Positions 19,251-32,129 of a DNA stretch of 64,000 bases are shown one piece after another. The translations under genes were made by a program, and so were the position numbers. The notes under the pieces were generated by a model. It did not search any database. It was given only the letters and a program-made list of their open reading frames with translations, and had not been told where the DNA came from. The DNA is from Vulcanimicrobiota bacterium. Its GTDB lineage: Bacteria > Vulcanimicrobiota > Xenobia > Xenobiales > JADMJV01. Within the stretch, counting starts at the first letter, position 1; each line of letters starts with the position of its first letter. The DNA lies in NCBI GenBank assembly GCA_050250895.1, contig JBFWNU010000004.1, forward strand, positions 174,924 to 238,923, in the 5' to 3' direction.

Positions 19251-19265
19251 CCTCAGCCAGCACCG

Positions 19266-20486
19266 CTAGAAAAGGGCCAGCTGCTCAGCGCTCTCGGTCT
19301 CGGCCTCGAGGACCTTGCCATAGTGGCCTCCTCCGCCGGCCGAGAACTCGAGGCGCCCGTCGCGGGCGGCCAGGATCTTGTCGGCGAGCTCCCAGCCCAC
19401 CAGGGCGGCGAGCTTCGCCCGGCTGGCTTGATGGAGCACGGCCATCTCGCTGCCCAGATGGCGTATCAGCAGGTTGAGACCGCGCCGGCCCAGGCCCGGC
19501 ACGAAGCTCAGCGGGACCTGGTAGTGATAGGGGGGCCGGTGGGGCGGATGGTGGGGTTGGCCGTAGTCTGCGATCTGGGCCACCCGGTCGACCACTCCCC
19601 GCACGAACTCGCGACGGTGCTCGCCGCAGCGAGGACACAGCAGCACGGGGGCGGGACCGGACATCGGCTGGTCGCACTGGTGGCAAAACGAGCGGTGATA
19701 GCGCCCCAGATTGGGGTTCATGCCATAGTTGGCCAGCACCGCGCGCCCGCCTTCGCGGCGTAGAGCCAACATCAACTCACGGAAGTTGGGCGCCTCCATT
19801 TCGATCAGGTTATACTCGCGACCGATGCGTCCCAACGAATGGGCGTCGGAATTGGATAGAAAGGTCAGACCCCCGAGTTCCTGGATGCGGTCGGCCAGAG
19901 GGGTGTCGCTAGACAGGCCCAATTCGAGCCCGGCCAGTTCGTCAAAGCTCTCGCCGAAGAGTTCTTGCAGGCGGTCGCAGGCATTGCCGTAGACGCTTTT
20001 GTGGGGGGTGAAGGCGTGGGCTGGGATGAGCACTCCACCGGTGTTCTGCACCACCGCGTGCAACTCGCGGGCGGGCAGGCCACAGCGCTGGGAAGAAAGC
20101 TCCATGTTGGTGATGTAGCGGGTCATCACCCGTGAGAACTCGGCCAGATTGCGAAGATAGGGAAAGTAGCACAGGTGGTGAGAAACACCACCGTCGTCTT
20201 CGACCGCCTCGACCTCGGCGCCAGCGATGACGGTGACCCGTTCGCGGTGGCGCAATCCGCCCTCGGGCAACTCCATCAATTCACCCCGGTCGATCAGCCG
20301 ACGCAGGTCTTCGAGCACACCGGTGCAGGCGCAGTCGATGATACCGACCATATCGATGCCTTTACGCTCGAGGCATTCGCGAATCACCGCCTCGAAGGTG
20401 AGCTTTCGGCTAGCCGTGATCTTGACGGCTTTGCCCTTGCCGTTCTGGCCGATATGAACGTGAAGGTCGACGTAGTAAGACTGCAT
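19266..20486 (-). CDS. Endonuclease Q family protein (PHP domain + Zn finger; YqxK-like)
   Basis: DLHVHIG...KITASR.LT, PAHAFTP, ELGLSSD, NSDAHS, GRYH..FC..C...CP.C, RPPYHYQVPL, GGGGHYG. Confidence 0.9.
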   Translation of the reverse strand: MQSYYVDLHVHIGQNGKGKAVKITASRKLTFEAVIRECLERKGIDMVGIIDCACTGVLEDLRRLIDRGELMELPEGGLRHRERVTVIAGAEVEAVEDDGGVSHHLCYFPYLRNLAEFSRVMTRYITNMELSSQRCGLPARELHAVVQNTGGVLIPAHAFTPHKSVYGNACDRLQELFGESFDELAGLELGLSSDTPLADRIQELGGLTFLSNSDAHSLGRIGREYNLIEMEAPNFRELMLALRREGGRAVLANYGMNPNLGRYHRSFCHQCDQPMSGPAPVLLCPRCGEHRREFVRGVVDRVAQIADYGQPHHPPHRPPYHYQVPLSFVPGLGRRGLNLLIRHLGSEMAVLHQASRAKLAALVGWELADKILAARDGRLEFSAGGGGHYGKVLEAETESAEQLALF

Positions 20487-20541
20487 CCCCGCTGGTTCGC
20501 TTGAATGCTATTCGAAAACCTGTCGAAAATCCCTCAACCGT

Positions 20542-21636
20542 TCAATCGTCGAAGACGGTGATCTTGGTGCGGGCCAGCTCTTGCTGGCGCAACCGCAGCT
20601 TCGAAGCCCGCTCTTCGAGCTTCTTGACCTCGTCGAAGCGACGCTGCTGGCGCATCAAATTGGCGCAGTCCTCCAGGCACGAGGCCACCTCGATGTGATA
20701 GGGTCCATAGGCATCCAGGTAGATCTGGAGCGACCGGCGCAAAAGCTGCTCGGCTTTCTCTGGCTTGCCCTGACTGTTAAGAACCACGGCGATCTTGCGA
20801 AACACTTCAGCGCAGTCGGGGTGAGAAGAGCCCAGCCGTCGCTCGCGGATGGACAGAGCCGCCTGATACAGGGGCTCGACGCTCTGGCGCTTGAGCGAGG
20901 GCCCCATGGCCAACTCGCCGGCCTTACGGGATTGGCACAAGTAGAGGTCGCCCATGTGGACCAGACAGGTGGCCACATCGGGGTGCTGCGGCCCCTGGGT
21001 TCGCTGCAGGCACTCGAGGGCGCGTACCAGCAAAGTTTCGGCTCGAGAATACTTCTTCAGCTGGATATAGAGAGCTCCCATGCCGCTGAGCACCAGGGCC
21101 ACATTATGGTGGTCCCTGCCCAGGATCGACTCGGCGATGCGGCGGGCGCGCTTGTAGAGCGTTTCGGCCTGCTGCAGCTTGTCGAACTGGGTATAGAGCC
21201 GGGCCAGGTTGGACAGGCAGGCGGCCAACAGGTAATCTTCGGGTTGTTCGCGCTCTTCGTAGATCTCGAGAGCTCGTTTGTAAAGCTGGCGGGCTTCGGC
21301 ATAGCTGCCGATGCGCTGGTGAAAGCCAGCCGCATTGTTGAGGCTCATGGCCATGCACTCGTGTCCCGAGTCGACCACCTTCCAGATGCGCAGAGCCAGG
21401 TTGTAGAGGTCTTCGACCTGACGCACCCGCCCGCGCGAGCGCAACACCACGGCCAGATTGTTCAAACTGGTGGCCAGGCGGGGGTCGAACTCGCCAAAGG
21501 TCTTGGCCATCTTGACGGCCTCCCAGTAGTACTCCTCAGCGAGTTCGAGGCGCCCGTATTGAAAAGCTTGCGAACCTCGGTCGCAAAAACTCTCCCATTG
21601 TCGACTATCGGCTACTGGTGCGGGAGTGACTGCCAC
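20542..21636 (-). CDS. TPR protein (kinesin light chain-like 42-aa repeats)
   Basis: Repeated LATSLNNLA / G..HPDVA / AE.LY.RAL.I units. Confidence 0.85.
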   Translation of the reverse strand: MAVTPAPVADSRQWESFCDRGSQAFQYGRLELAEEYYWEAVKMAKTFGEFDPRLATSLNNLAVVLRSRGRVRQVEDLYNLALRIWKVVDSGHECMAMSLNNAAGFHQRIGSYAEARQLYKRALEIYEEREQPEDYLLAACLSNLARLYTQFDKLQQAETLYKRARRIAESILGRDHHNVALVLSGMGALYIQLKKYSRAETLLVRALECLQRTQGPQHPDVATCLVHMGDLYLCQSRKAGELAMGPSLKRQSVEPLYQAALSIRERRLGSSHPDCAEVFRKIAVVLNSQGKPEKAEQLLRRSLQIYLDAYGPYHIEVASCLEDCANLMRQQRRFDEVKKLEERASKLRLRQQELARTKITVFDD

Positions 21637-21680
21637 TGTCTCGCCTGGTGACCTCTTTCCAGAAATGGTATGATGGGCAG

Positions 21681-22664
21681 ATGTTGGAAGCCGTCCTGGT
21701 CAACGAACCCCACGGCGACCCGGCCGTTCTGGTGAACCTGGCCAATCGTCCCGAAAGCTACCTGCTCGATTGCGGGTCCCTTCACCCCCTGCGCATTCGT
21801 GACCTTCAGCGGATACGCCGAGTGTTCGTTACCCATACTCATATCGATCACTTCATTGGCTTCGATCATCTAGTGCGCATGCAGCTTTTCTGCCCTCACG
21901 AGCTCGAGGTCTATGGTCCCGATGGATTGACCGAGCAGGTGGCCGGCAAGCTGCGTGGCTATGCCTGGAACCTGGTCGACAAGTCGAGCTTCGTGATCGT
22001 GACCCACGAGTTGACCGAAGAGCAGTTGCGCACGACACGCTTTCCCTGCTGTCGCCAGTTCGAGCCCGAGCCCACTCTCGAGGCGACCCTGCCCGACGGT
22101 CTTTCTTTGCCCGAGGGACCGCGACTGAGCTGGTGCCGGGTCGAGCATGGCGTAGCCTGCCTGGCTTTCTGCCTCAGGGCTCCCGACGAACCCAGGGTTC
22201 AGAAAGCGGCTCTAGCCGCTTTCCCTCACCGACCCGGCCCCTGGCTGGCCGAATTGAAAAAGGGACCGGGCCCCGATCTGATGATCGAAGGCCAGACCTA
22301 CAGTCGTGAAGAGCTGGCCCGGCGGCTGCTAGAAGAGGTCAAGGGCTATGCGTTGGGCTATGTCAGCGACACCATCTTCAACAAGCAGACGGCCAAGAAG
22401 ATGATCGCCCTGTTCCAGGGCTGTGACGAGCTTTGGAGCGAGGCGGCCTATCTCAACGACCAGCTAGAGAAGGCTCGCGAGCATCGCCACATGACGGCCC
22501 GCCAGGCGGGCCGGCTGGCCGACTCGGCCGGGGTGGGCAAACTGCATCTCTTTCACCAGTCCCGACGCTATGACGCTGGCCAGCAGCCCCATCTCGAGGA
22601 AGCCGCCAGCGTCTTCGCCAACACTGTTCCAGCTAGCCGTTACGACGCTGGAAGTCGGCCATGA
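21681..22664 (+). CDS. Ribonuclease Z-like MBL-fold metallohydrolase
   Basis: LLDCG, THTHIDHFIGFD, VEHG, YVSDT, HMTA.QAG, LFHQSRRY. TATGAT lies 6 nt before ATG 21681 (possibly leaderless); alternative start 21648. Confidence 0.85.
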   Translation: MLEAVLVNEPHGDPAVLVNLANRPESYLLDCGSLHPLRIRDLQRIRRVFVTHTHIDHFIGFDHLVRMQLFCPHELEVYGPDGLTEQVAGKLRGYAWNLVDKSSFVIVTHELTEEQLRTTRFPCCRQFEPEPTLEATLPDGLSLPEGPRLSWCRVEHGVACLAFCLRAPDEPRVQKAALAAFPHRPGPWLAELKKGPGPDLMIEGQTYSREELARRLLEEVKGYALGYVSDTIFNKQTAKKMIALFQGCDELWSEAAYLNDQLEKAREHRHMTARQAGRLADSAGVGKLHLFHQSRRYDAGQQPHLEEAASVFANTVPASRYDAGSRP

Positions 22665-23736
22665 AGTCGACCAGAGCCTGCACTCCAGCCGGCTCGAAAG
22701 CGTTGTAGATCGAAGCTCTCAGGCCTCCCACGTCGCGGTGACCCTTAAGACCCGACAGTCCCTGCGCCTCGGACTCTTTAGCGAATCGGGCCTCGAGTTC
22801 TTCGCTGGGCAAACGGAAGGTGACGTTCATTAGCGAGCGCCACTCGGGAGCGGCGTGGCCGCGATAGAACCCGCCGCTGTTGTCGATAGCCGAATACAGC
22901 ATGTCGGCCTTCTTCTGGTTGCGCTGGTGGATAGCGTCGAGACCACCGATGTCGTCGAGCAACCACTGGGTGACCAGGTCGATGATGTAGATCGAGAAGA
23001 CCGGGGGCGTGTTATAGAGGGATTCTTTCTCGGCCATGACCTTGTAGTCGAGCATGGTGGGAAAAGTCTTGTCGACCTGGGTGGCCAGGAAGCTCTTGCG
23101 GGCCAACACCAGGGTGCAACCGGCCGGGCCGACGTTCTTTTGGGCTCCAGCGTAAATCATGGCATACTTGCTTACATCCAGCGGCCGGTGGAGAAAGTCA
23201 GAGGAAGCATCGCAGACCAGCGGCACCTTGCCGGTGTCGGGGTCGTAGTGGAATTGGACGCCTTCGATGGTCTCGTTGGAGGTCATGTGGACATAGGCCA
23301 GACCCTGGTCGACCTTGAGCTCGGACTGGCTGGGCATGCTCTTGAAGCCACCCCCCTGGCCGTCCCAGATCACTTCGACCTGGCCGTGTTTTTTGGCCTC
23401 GGAAATGGCCTTCTTAGCCCAGGCGCCGCAGCGGATATAGCCAGCCTTGCGACCTTCGAGAAAGTTCATCGGCAACATCGAGAACTGCAGGCTGGCCCCG
23501 CCCTGAAGGAACATCACGGTCCAATCGTCATCGAGACCCAGCAGCTTGCGCAGGTTGTTCTCGGCCGATTTGATGATGGCGTCGAACTGCTTGGAGCGGT
23601 GGCTGACCTCGAGGATCGAGGCGCCCGCGCCGGGCAAACAGAGAAGATCTTTCTGGGCCTTCTCGAGCACCGATAGGGGCAGGACGGCCGGGCCGGCCGA
23701 GAAGTTGTGAACACGCTGGGTGGCAGTAGTCGACAT
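22633..23736 (-). CDS. serC: Phosphoserine aminotransferase
   Basis: NFSAGPAVLP, EVSHRS, FLQGGASLQF, NETIEG, YAGAQKNVGPAG, YNTPP, KGHR.VGGLRASIYNA. Confidence 0.97.
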   Translation of the reverse strand: MSTTATQRVHNFSAGPAVLPLSVLEKAQKDLLCLPGAGASILEVSHRSKQFDAIIKSAENNLRKLLGLDDDWTVMFLQGGASLQFSMLPMNFLEGRKAGYIRCGAWAKKAISEAKKHGQVEVIWDGQGGGFKSMPSQSELKVDQGLAYVHMTSNETIEGVQFHYDPDTGKVPLVCDASSDFLHRPLDVSKYAMIYAGAQKNVGPAGCTLVLARKSFLATQVDKTFPTMLDYKVMAEKESLYNTPPVFSIYIIDLVTQWLLDDIGGLDAIHQRNQKKADMLYSAIDNSGGFYRGHAAPEWRSLMNVTFRLPSEELEARFAKESEAQGLSGLKGHRDVGGLRASIYNAFEPAGVQALVDFMADFQRRNG

Positions 23737-23785
23737 TGGTTCCTCCAGTTAACTTTCCAAGCTGATACCCGGGGCGAGCCCGGCC

Positions 23786-26511
<2,726 letters not shown>

Positions 26512-26744
26512 GAGAAGGAGACTCCTCTCAAGTATTCGGGGCGCGAAAACATCCGCGCCTTAGGCACATAGTGTCTAAAATTATTCACATAATTCGTCGA
26601 ACATGACCGTTCCCCTTCCGAGGGCGACATGTCCGGCCAAAGGCTTCAGCTGTTCGGTTTGTCTTTCGGGGCACCTGCCGAACGGCGACCAGAATTCCCC
26701 CCAACCGGGTAGGAGGCGGCCCGACGGGGAATAACCAAGAGGAA

Positions 26745-28394
26745 ATGGACATCGCGATGCTCTTGGACTGGAAGCTGGCGATGATCACCGCGCTGGCCGG
26801 GGTGGTCTCGCTGCTGACCACTCTCAATGTGGCCGCCCGACCGGCGGCAGTCCGCACCGGGCAGGTAGCCACCGCTTTTACGGTGGCTCAGCTCTTTTTC
26901 ATGGTGACGCGGTTTGCTAACCTTTTCTACCTGCCGCTGATGGCCCGCTTCGTCGATGAAGCCACCCGCACCGGCCAGACCTCGCAACTGTATGGCCAGA
27001 TTCAGTGGGTGGTGGTGGGCGCCGCCGTGGGGGCGCTGGTCTCGTGGCTGCTGTTGCCAACCTTCGTCGAGATCTATTGCGTCGCCGTGGGCAGCATCAC
27101 CCATCGCGGCATGCTCAGGGCCTTGCTGCGAATGGTGCGACCGGCCTCCTGGCTCAAGTTGCTGCGGTCGTTCCGAAGGCCCTCCAATCTGGGCTGCCGG
27201 CTCTTCAAACTCGACGGGGTGCCGGCCGACTTCTTACTGTTCAATGTGGCCGCCACGGCTGTCTGGACGGTGGGGGCCCTGGCGGCCGTCTACGTCAGCG
27301 CCGTCATCCCCCAGTACAAGACCACGGCCGTGCTGTTGTCGGGTCTGGTCAACGCCTTCGCGGCCATCGCCTTCACCATCTGGGTCGACCCCAAAGCGGC
27401 CCTCATCACCGACCAGGCTACTCACGGCAAGCGCCCCGAGAGCGATGTCAACCTGACGGCCGTCCACCTGTCGGCCGGCAACTTCCTGGGAGCGTTACTG
27501 GGGCTGGCCGTGTTGCCGCTGGGCGTCTCTTTGATCCGCTCGGCCACGCTGGTGGTCGGGGCCGAAGGCGAGAGCCTGGCGGGTGGCCTGTGGATCGTGG
27601 TGGCCCTCAACGCTCTCTTTGCCCTGCTGGCCTCGACCACCTATTCGGCCCGCATCACGGCGGTGGCCACCCGACGAGTGGCCACCGCGCTGGCGGTCTA
27701 CAACCTGTTCTTCCTCATCACCCGCCTGGCCGGTCAGGTCTACGCTCCCATGCTGGGAGCCATGAGCGACTACGTGGTCCACTCCGACCGAATGTCTCTG
27801 TCGGATCTGGCCGAGATGTTTCGCTGGATCCTGGCGGGCGCCAGCACCGGCGCCCTGTTGGGCTGGCTGCTGATGCCGACCTTTGTCGAGATCTATAACC
27901 GGGCCGTCTACAAGCTCGACCAGCTTGGTTCGCTGCCGGCCGTCTTCTTGAAGCTGGCCAATCCGGCCAATTGGGGAACGGTCCTGCGGTGTCTGCGGGC
28001 GCCTTCTCTGTTTGGAATGCGGGCGGCCGAGCTCAAACTGATCCCACGTGGCTTTCTGATCGGCAACGTGATCGTGCTCTCGATTCATACCGTGGGCGTG
28101 ATGGCGGCCATCTATGCCGGCGCCATGGTCAACGACGAGCTGGCTCGCACGGCCACTCTCCTATCTTCAGTGGTCAACGGCATCGCCACCATCATGCTGA
28201 GCGTGGTGGTCGATCCCACTACCGCCACCATCGTCGACCGCTCCATCCGCGAAGAGGCCGAACGCCCGGTCTACGTGATGGCGGTGATGTTGATGGCGGG
28301 CATGTTCCTGGGCACCCTGCTCAGCCAGGTGCTGCTCGAGCCCGCCGCGCATTTCATCGTTTTCGGGGCCCGCACCCTGGACGCTATCTTCTAA
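26745..28394 (+). CDS. amj: Amj-family lipid II flippase (DUF2837), tandem two-domain form
   Basis: Both halves carry R...V.T..VATA......F...TR.A...Y.P, GA..GAL..WLL.PTFVEIY, TA.LLS..VN..A.I.....VDP....I.D. Confidence 0.75.
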   Translation: MDIAMLLDWKLAMITALAGVVSLLTTLNVAARPAAVRTGQVATAFTVAQLFFMVTRFANLFYLPLMARFVDEATRTGQTSQLYGQIQWVVVGAAVGALVSWLLLPTFVEIYCVAVGSITHRGMLRALLRMVRPASWLKLLRSFRRPSNLGCRLFKLDGVPADFLLFNVAATAVWTVGALAAVYVSAVIPQYKTTAVLLSGLVNAFAAIAFTIWVDPKAALITDQATHGKRPESDVNLTAVHLSAGNFLGALLGLAVLPLGVSLIRSATLVVGAEGESLAGGLWIVVALNALFALLASTTYSARITAVATRRVATALAVYNLFFLITRLAGQVYAPMLGAMSDYVVHSDRMSLSDLAEMFRWILAGASTGALLGWLLMPTFVEIYNRAVYKLDQLGSLPAVFLKLANPANWGTVLRCLRAPSLFGMRAAELKLIPRGFLIGNVIVLSIHTVGVMAAIYAGAMVNDELARTATLLSSVVNGIATIMLSVVVDPTTATIVDRSIREEAERPVYVMAVMLMAGMFLGTLLSQVLLEPAAHFIVFGARTLDAIF

Positions 28395-28444
28395 AGGTCT
28401 TGCCCGGCCGGCCAAGAAGTTAACCCAGCCGAACAGGGGGATGC

Positions 28445-30286
28445 ATGCCAACAGAACTCCCGCCGGAAATGACTTCACCCGGCCGCTACATCGAAAAAGT
28501 CAGTCTCTCGGGCGAGGTCCTCGAAGAGGATATCAAGCCTGAGCATCTGCTCGTGCGCAAGCATCGCGACTATCACGTGGTCGATGTCTACGCCCGCCAT
28601 CTGATGAGTCGTTTCGTCGAGGCGACCGGCGATGAAGAGCAGGTCAAGAAGACCATGAAAGAGGCCCGCAAGCTGGGCATGAAGGCCTCGAAGTTCCTGG
28701 CCAAGGCGCTGGGTTCTGACCCCGAGAAAATCTCGCGCAAGCTCTTTGGCCTGAAAAGCCGCGAGTATTACTTTCGCTACAAGAAGCATCCCCACACCAA
28801 GGCCGAGATCGACGCCAGTCTGGCTCGCCTGCGCGAAGAGGCCCATCAGGCCCTCGAGGCCTGCCGCGACGGCGATCGTTTGCGTCTGCGGGTGTTATTG
28901 ACCGGCGGCACGGGCTTTGTGGGCAAAGAGATCCTGTGGCAGGCGGCCCTTGACCCGAACATCGAGAAGGTCTACGTGCTGATTCGGCCCAAGACCATCC
29001 GGGACCGCAAGACCAAAGAGGTCCTCGAAATCCACACCCCTGCCATGCGGGGGCGCGAGCTGCTGCGCACCCTGTTACTCGAGGAAACCGACAAGTTCCA
29101 CTTTCTGGCCGGGGATATCGAAGAGCCGCGCCTGGGCGTCAGCGACGATGACTATCAGATGCTGGCGGGCCAACTCACCCACGTCATCCACTGCGCGGCC
29201 AGCGTGGCCTTCGACGACCCTTATGAAGAATCGTTCGCGGCCAATGTGCTGGGCAGCCTCAACGCCCTCGAGTTCTCGATGGGCCTGCAAGAGGCCCAGG
29301 CCAGCCCGTTCGTGGCCCATCTCTCCATCGAGACCTCCTACATTCACGGTCGTCAGGTGCACGAGCCGGCCCGCGAAGACGAAATCGTCTTTCCGCGCAA
29401 CTTCTACAACAACTATTATGAATTGACCAAGGCCATGGCCTCGCTCGAGACCGAGCGCTTCATGCTAGAAAAAGGTCTCAGGGTGGTTCAGTTGTGCCCG
29501 GCCATCGTCATCGGCGACGCCCGCTACGGCAATAACCGGGGCGACCTCAAAGTGGTCAACGCTCCGGTCAATGCCTTCGGACGAGCCCGCGAGAACCTCA
29601 AGGACAGTCGGGGCGATTGGCTCGAATTCTCGAAGGCCTGGATGCTCTACCGTATGGCGGCGCTTTTTCCAGGGGACGCCTCGGCCGAGCTCAATCTGAT
29701 TCCGGTCGACTGGGTGGCCCGCGGCATCCTGGCCGCGACCGCCCGCGCCCAGGCGGTGGGTGAACGTATCCACCTGGCCACCGACAATCGCATCACCGCC
29801 GAGATGATTCAGCAGGTGGTTGGGGAAGAACTCAAGGTCGACGTCAAGCTTGCCGACCCCACTCTGCATCGGACCGTCCAACTGCCCATCATCGCCAAGG
29901 TGCTGGCCGGTCTCAAACAAAAGCGTCTGGCCGGAGCTCTGCAAAAGCTGGGCAGCATCTTCGGCGGCTATAGCGAGTGGGGCCAACCGGTCCACCTGGT
30001 GGGCAACGATGTGACCATTCTGGGTCTGCCCGAGCCTCGCCCCAACACCGAGCAGGTTTTTCGCATGCTGTGCCGCCATAACAAGTATGTGCAACGCTTC
30101 GGCATCATCAAAGACCCTGAAGAAATCGCCCGCCGCGAAAAGGTGTGGACCGAGTTTATCGAGCGGCTCGAAGAAGAGAAGGGCGTGGCCGTTGGGGCCC
30201 TGCCCACGGCCGAGTTCCATGAGGCCCTCTATGGCACCCTCGACACCGACAAGTTCGACTTCAAGACCTCGGTGGGCCAGCAGTGA
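28445..30286 (+). CDS. Fatty acyl-CoA reductase (male-sterility/NAD_binding_4 SDR) with N-terminal extension
   Basis: LLTGGTGFVGK, AGDIEEPRLG, IHCAASVAFD, NYYELTKA, PAIVIG, NLIPVDWVA. Confidence 0.8.
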   Translation: MPTELPPEMTSPGRYIEKVSLSGEVLEEDIKPEHLLVRKHRDYHVVDVYARHLMSRFVEATGDEEQVKKTMKEARKLGMKASKFLAKALGSDPEKISRKLFGLKSREYYFRYKKHPHTKAEIDASLARLREEAHQALEACRDGDRLRLRVLLTGGTGFVGKEILWQAALDPNIEKVYVLIRPKTIRDRKTKEVLEIHTPAMRGRELLRTLLLEETDKFHFLAGDIEEPRLGVSDDDYQMLAGQLTHVIHCAASVAFDDPYEESFAANVLGSLNALEFSMGLQEAQASPFVAHLSIETSYIHGRQVHEPAREDEIVFPRNFYNNYYELTKAMASLETERFMLEKGLRVVQLCPAIVIGDARYGNNRGDLKVVNAPVNAFGRARENLKDSRGDWLEFSKAWMLYRMAALFPGDASAELNLIPVDWVARGILAATARAQAVGERIHLATDNRITAEMIQQVVGEELKVDVKLADPTLHRTVQLPIIAKVLAGLKQKRLAGALQKLGSIFGGYSEWGQPVHLVGNDVTILGLPEPRPNTEQVFRMLCRHNKYVQRFGIIKDPEEIARREKVWTEFIERLEEEKGVAVGALPTAEFHEALYGTLDTDKFDFKTSVGQQ

Positions 30287-31659
30287 TGCCCACCAAGCCT
30301 CTGCCCCTTTCCAACGCCGACGCCGCCTGGCTCAACATGGAGCGGCGCAGCAACCTCATGATGATCACGGGGCTGTTTTTGTTCGAGCAGCCCGTCGACT
30401 TCGACCGCCTGCGCCAGACCCTCGAGACCCGACTGCTGGCCTTCGACCGCTTTCGCCAACGAGCCAACACCGAGACGGTGGGCCGCCCTCGCTGGGTCGA
30501 CGATCCTGACATCGACCTCGACTTTCACGTCTTGCGCGCCTACCTGCGCGAACCAGACGAAGAGGATTGTCTGCTAGAACTGGTGGGCACCTTGATGGCC
30601 GAACGGCTCGATCGGGACCGCCCCCTGTGGCAGTTTCACCTGGTCGACTATCGCGGGGGTTCGGCCCTGATCGCCCGCCTGCACCACGCCATCGCCGATG
30701 GTATCGCCCTGATGAAGGTCTTGCTAGGATTGACCGACTCCGACCCCGAGGCTCCCTGGCCGTCGAGCGAAGACCTGCCGGCCGTGGTCGAGGGCAAGAA
30801 GCCGCGCAAGAGCGGTCTGGGCCGGGCTTTTCGTCGCACCGCTCGCTGGTTGAACAAAGGCAACCTGGGTATCCGCTCGGGCGAGGTCTTCGATCTGGCC
30901 AAAAAACATGTCGAGGTGGCCGCCGACCTGGGCTGGATGCTGCTGCGGGGGGTCGAGCCGAACACTCCCTTCAAGGGCAAACTGGGCCGCAAGAAGTTGG
31001 CGGCCGTGTCCAAGCCTCTGTGTCTGGAGCGGGTCAAGTCGGTGCGCCAGTTCTTCGAAGCCACCGTCAACGACGTGCTGCTGGCCGCGCTGACCGGCGG
31101 CCTGCGCAACTATCTGCTGGCCCACGACCATCCCCTGGATGAGGAGGCCTCGGTGCGGGTGGTGGTTCCCGTCGACCTGCGGGGGCCGCGCCAGGCCGAA
31201 GAGTTGGGCAACCAGTTCGGGCTGGTTTTCATGGCGCTGCCGGTAGGATTGGCCGAGCCCCGCGAGCGGCTCGAAGAGGTCAAGCGCCGCATGGGAGAGA
31301 TCAAGAGTTCGCCTCAAGCCGTTTTCGTCTTCGGGCTGCTCAACGCCGTGGGGGTCATCCCCGCCGAGCTAGAAAAGCGAGTCATCGAGCTGTTTGGCTC
31401 GAAGGCCTCGGGGGTGGTCACCAACGTGCCCGGTCCCCAACAGCCGCTCTATCTGGCCGGCCAGAAGATCGACAGTCTGATGTTCTGGGTACCCAAGTCG
31501 GGCCGGCTGGGGTTGGGCGTGAGCATTCTCAGCTACAACCTGCAGGTGCGAGTCGGGGTGGCCACCGATGCCCGCTTGATCCCCGATCCCGGGGACCTGG
31601 TGGCCGGCTTTCACCATGCCTTCGAAGAGCTGGCAGCTCTGGCCGAGGTCAAATCATGA
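30283..31659 (+). CDS. Wax ester synthase / diacylglycerol acyltransferase (WS/DGAT)
   Basis: Catalytic HHAIADG, LDRDRPLW, TVNDVLLA, PVDLR, GNQFG, TNVPGP. Confidence 0.93.
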   Translation: MMPTKPLPLSNADAAWLNMERRSNLMMITGLFLFEQPVDFDRLRQTLETRLLAFDRFRQRANTETVGRPRWVDDPDIDLDFHVLRAYLREPDEEDCLLELVGTLMAERLDRDRPLWQFHLVDYRGGSALIARLHHAIADGIALMKVLLGLTDSDPEAPWPSSEDLPAVVEGKKPRKSGLGRAFRRTARWLNKGNLGIRSGEVFDLAKKHVEVAADLGWMLLRGVEPNTPFKGKLGRKKLAAVSKPLCLERVKSVRQFFEATVNDVLLAALTGGLRNYLLAHDHPLDEEASVRVVVPVDLRGPRQAEELGNQFGLVFMALPVGLAEPRERLEEVKRRMGEIKSSPQAVFVFGLLNAVGVIPAELEKRVIELFGSKASGVVTNVPGPQQPLYLAGQKIDSLMFWVPKSGRLGLGVSILSYNLQVRVGVATDARLIPDPGDLVAGFHHAFEELAALAEVKS

Positions 31660-32129
31660 CCGGGACGTGTCCTGCCTGCGAAACGAATAGCCTGACCGCC
31701 CTCACCGACCCCACCACCGGACTCGAGATCGACTCCTGCGCCGATTGCCACGGTCTGTGGTTTGACGGCAACGAGCTGAGCCAGCTTTTTCCCAGTCGCA
31801 CCTTGCATCATCGCTTGACCAGTGGCGAGGCCTCGCTTCCACCCTCGCAAGACGAGCAACAGCGACCCTGCCCCCGCTGCCGCCAGGCCATGGAGAAGAC
31901 CGCCGTCGCGGACCTTTCGCTGGACGTCTGTCGCCTTTGCCAGGGCATCTGGTTCGACCGCGGCGAGTTGAGCGCGCTCTTGGACAAGGTCAAGAACGGC
32001 CTGCGGGGCGACCCGCTGGTGGTCAACCAGGTCACCCTCGGCCTGGCCCTCGAGAGCATGGCCACCCTCCACGCCGAACAACGAGACCATCTCAAGGCGA
32101 TCTGTCAATTCCTGGCGGTCTATGACTAA
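31656..32129 (+). CDS. Double zf-TFIIB zinc-ribbon protein
   Basis: Two CP.C...D.C..C.G.WFD..EL units. Confidence 0.85.
   Translation: MTGTCPACETNSLTALTDPTTGLEIDSCADCHGLWFDGNELSQLFPSRTLHHRLTSGEASLPPSQDEQQRPCPRCRQAMEKTAVADLSLDVCRLCQGIWFDRGELSALLDKVKNGLRGDPLVVNQVTLGLALESMATLHAEQRDHLKAICQFLAVYD

Noticed and set aside
22633-22664. Convergent 3' overlaps (also 37893-37899, 50349-50372, 55158-55171)
   Set aside because: Common in compact high-GC genomes; no sign of a special mechanism.
26533-26744. Possible riboswitch in the long intergenic region
   Set aside because: Some stems are present, but I could not match conserved motifs of c-di-GMP, TPP, SAM, cobalamin or other known classes.
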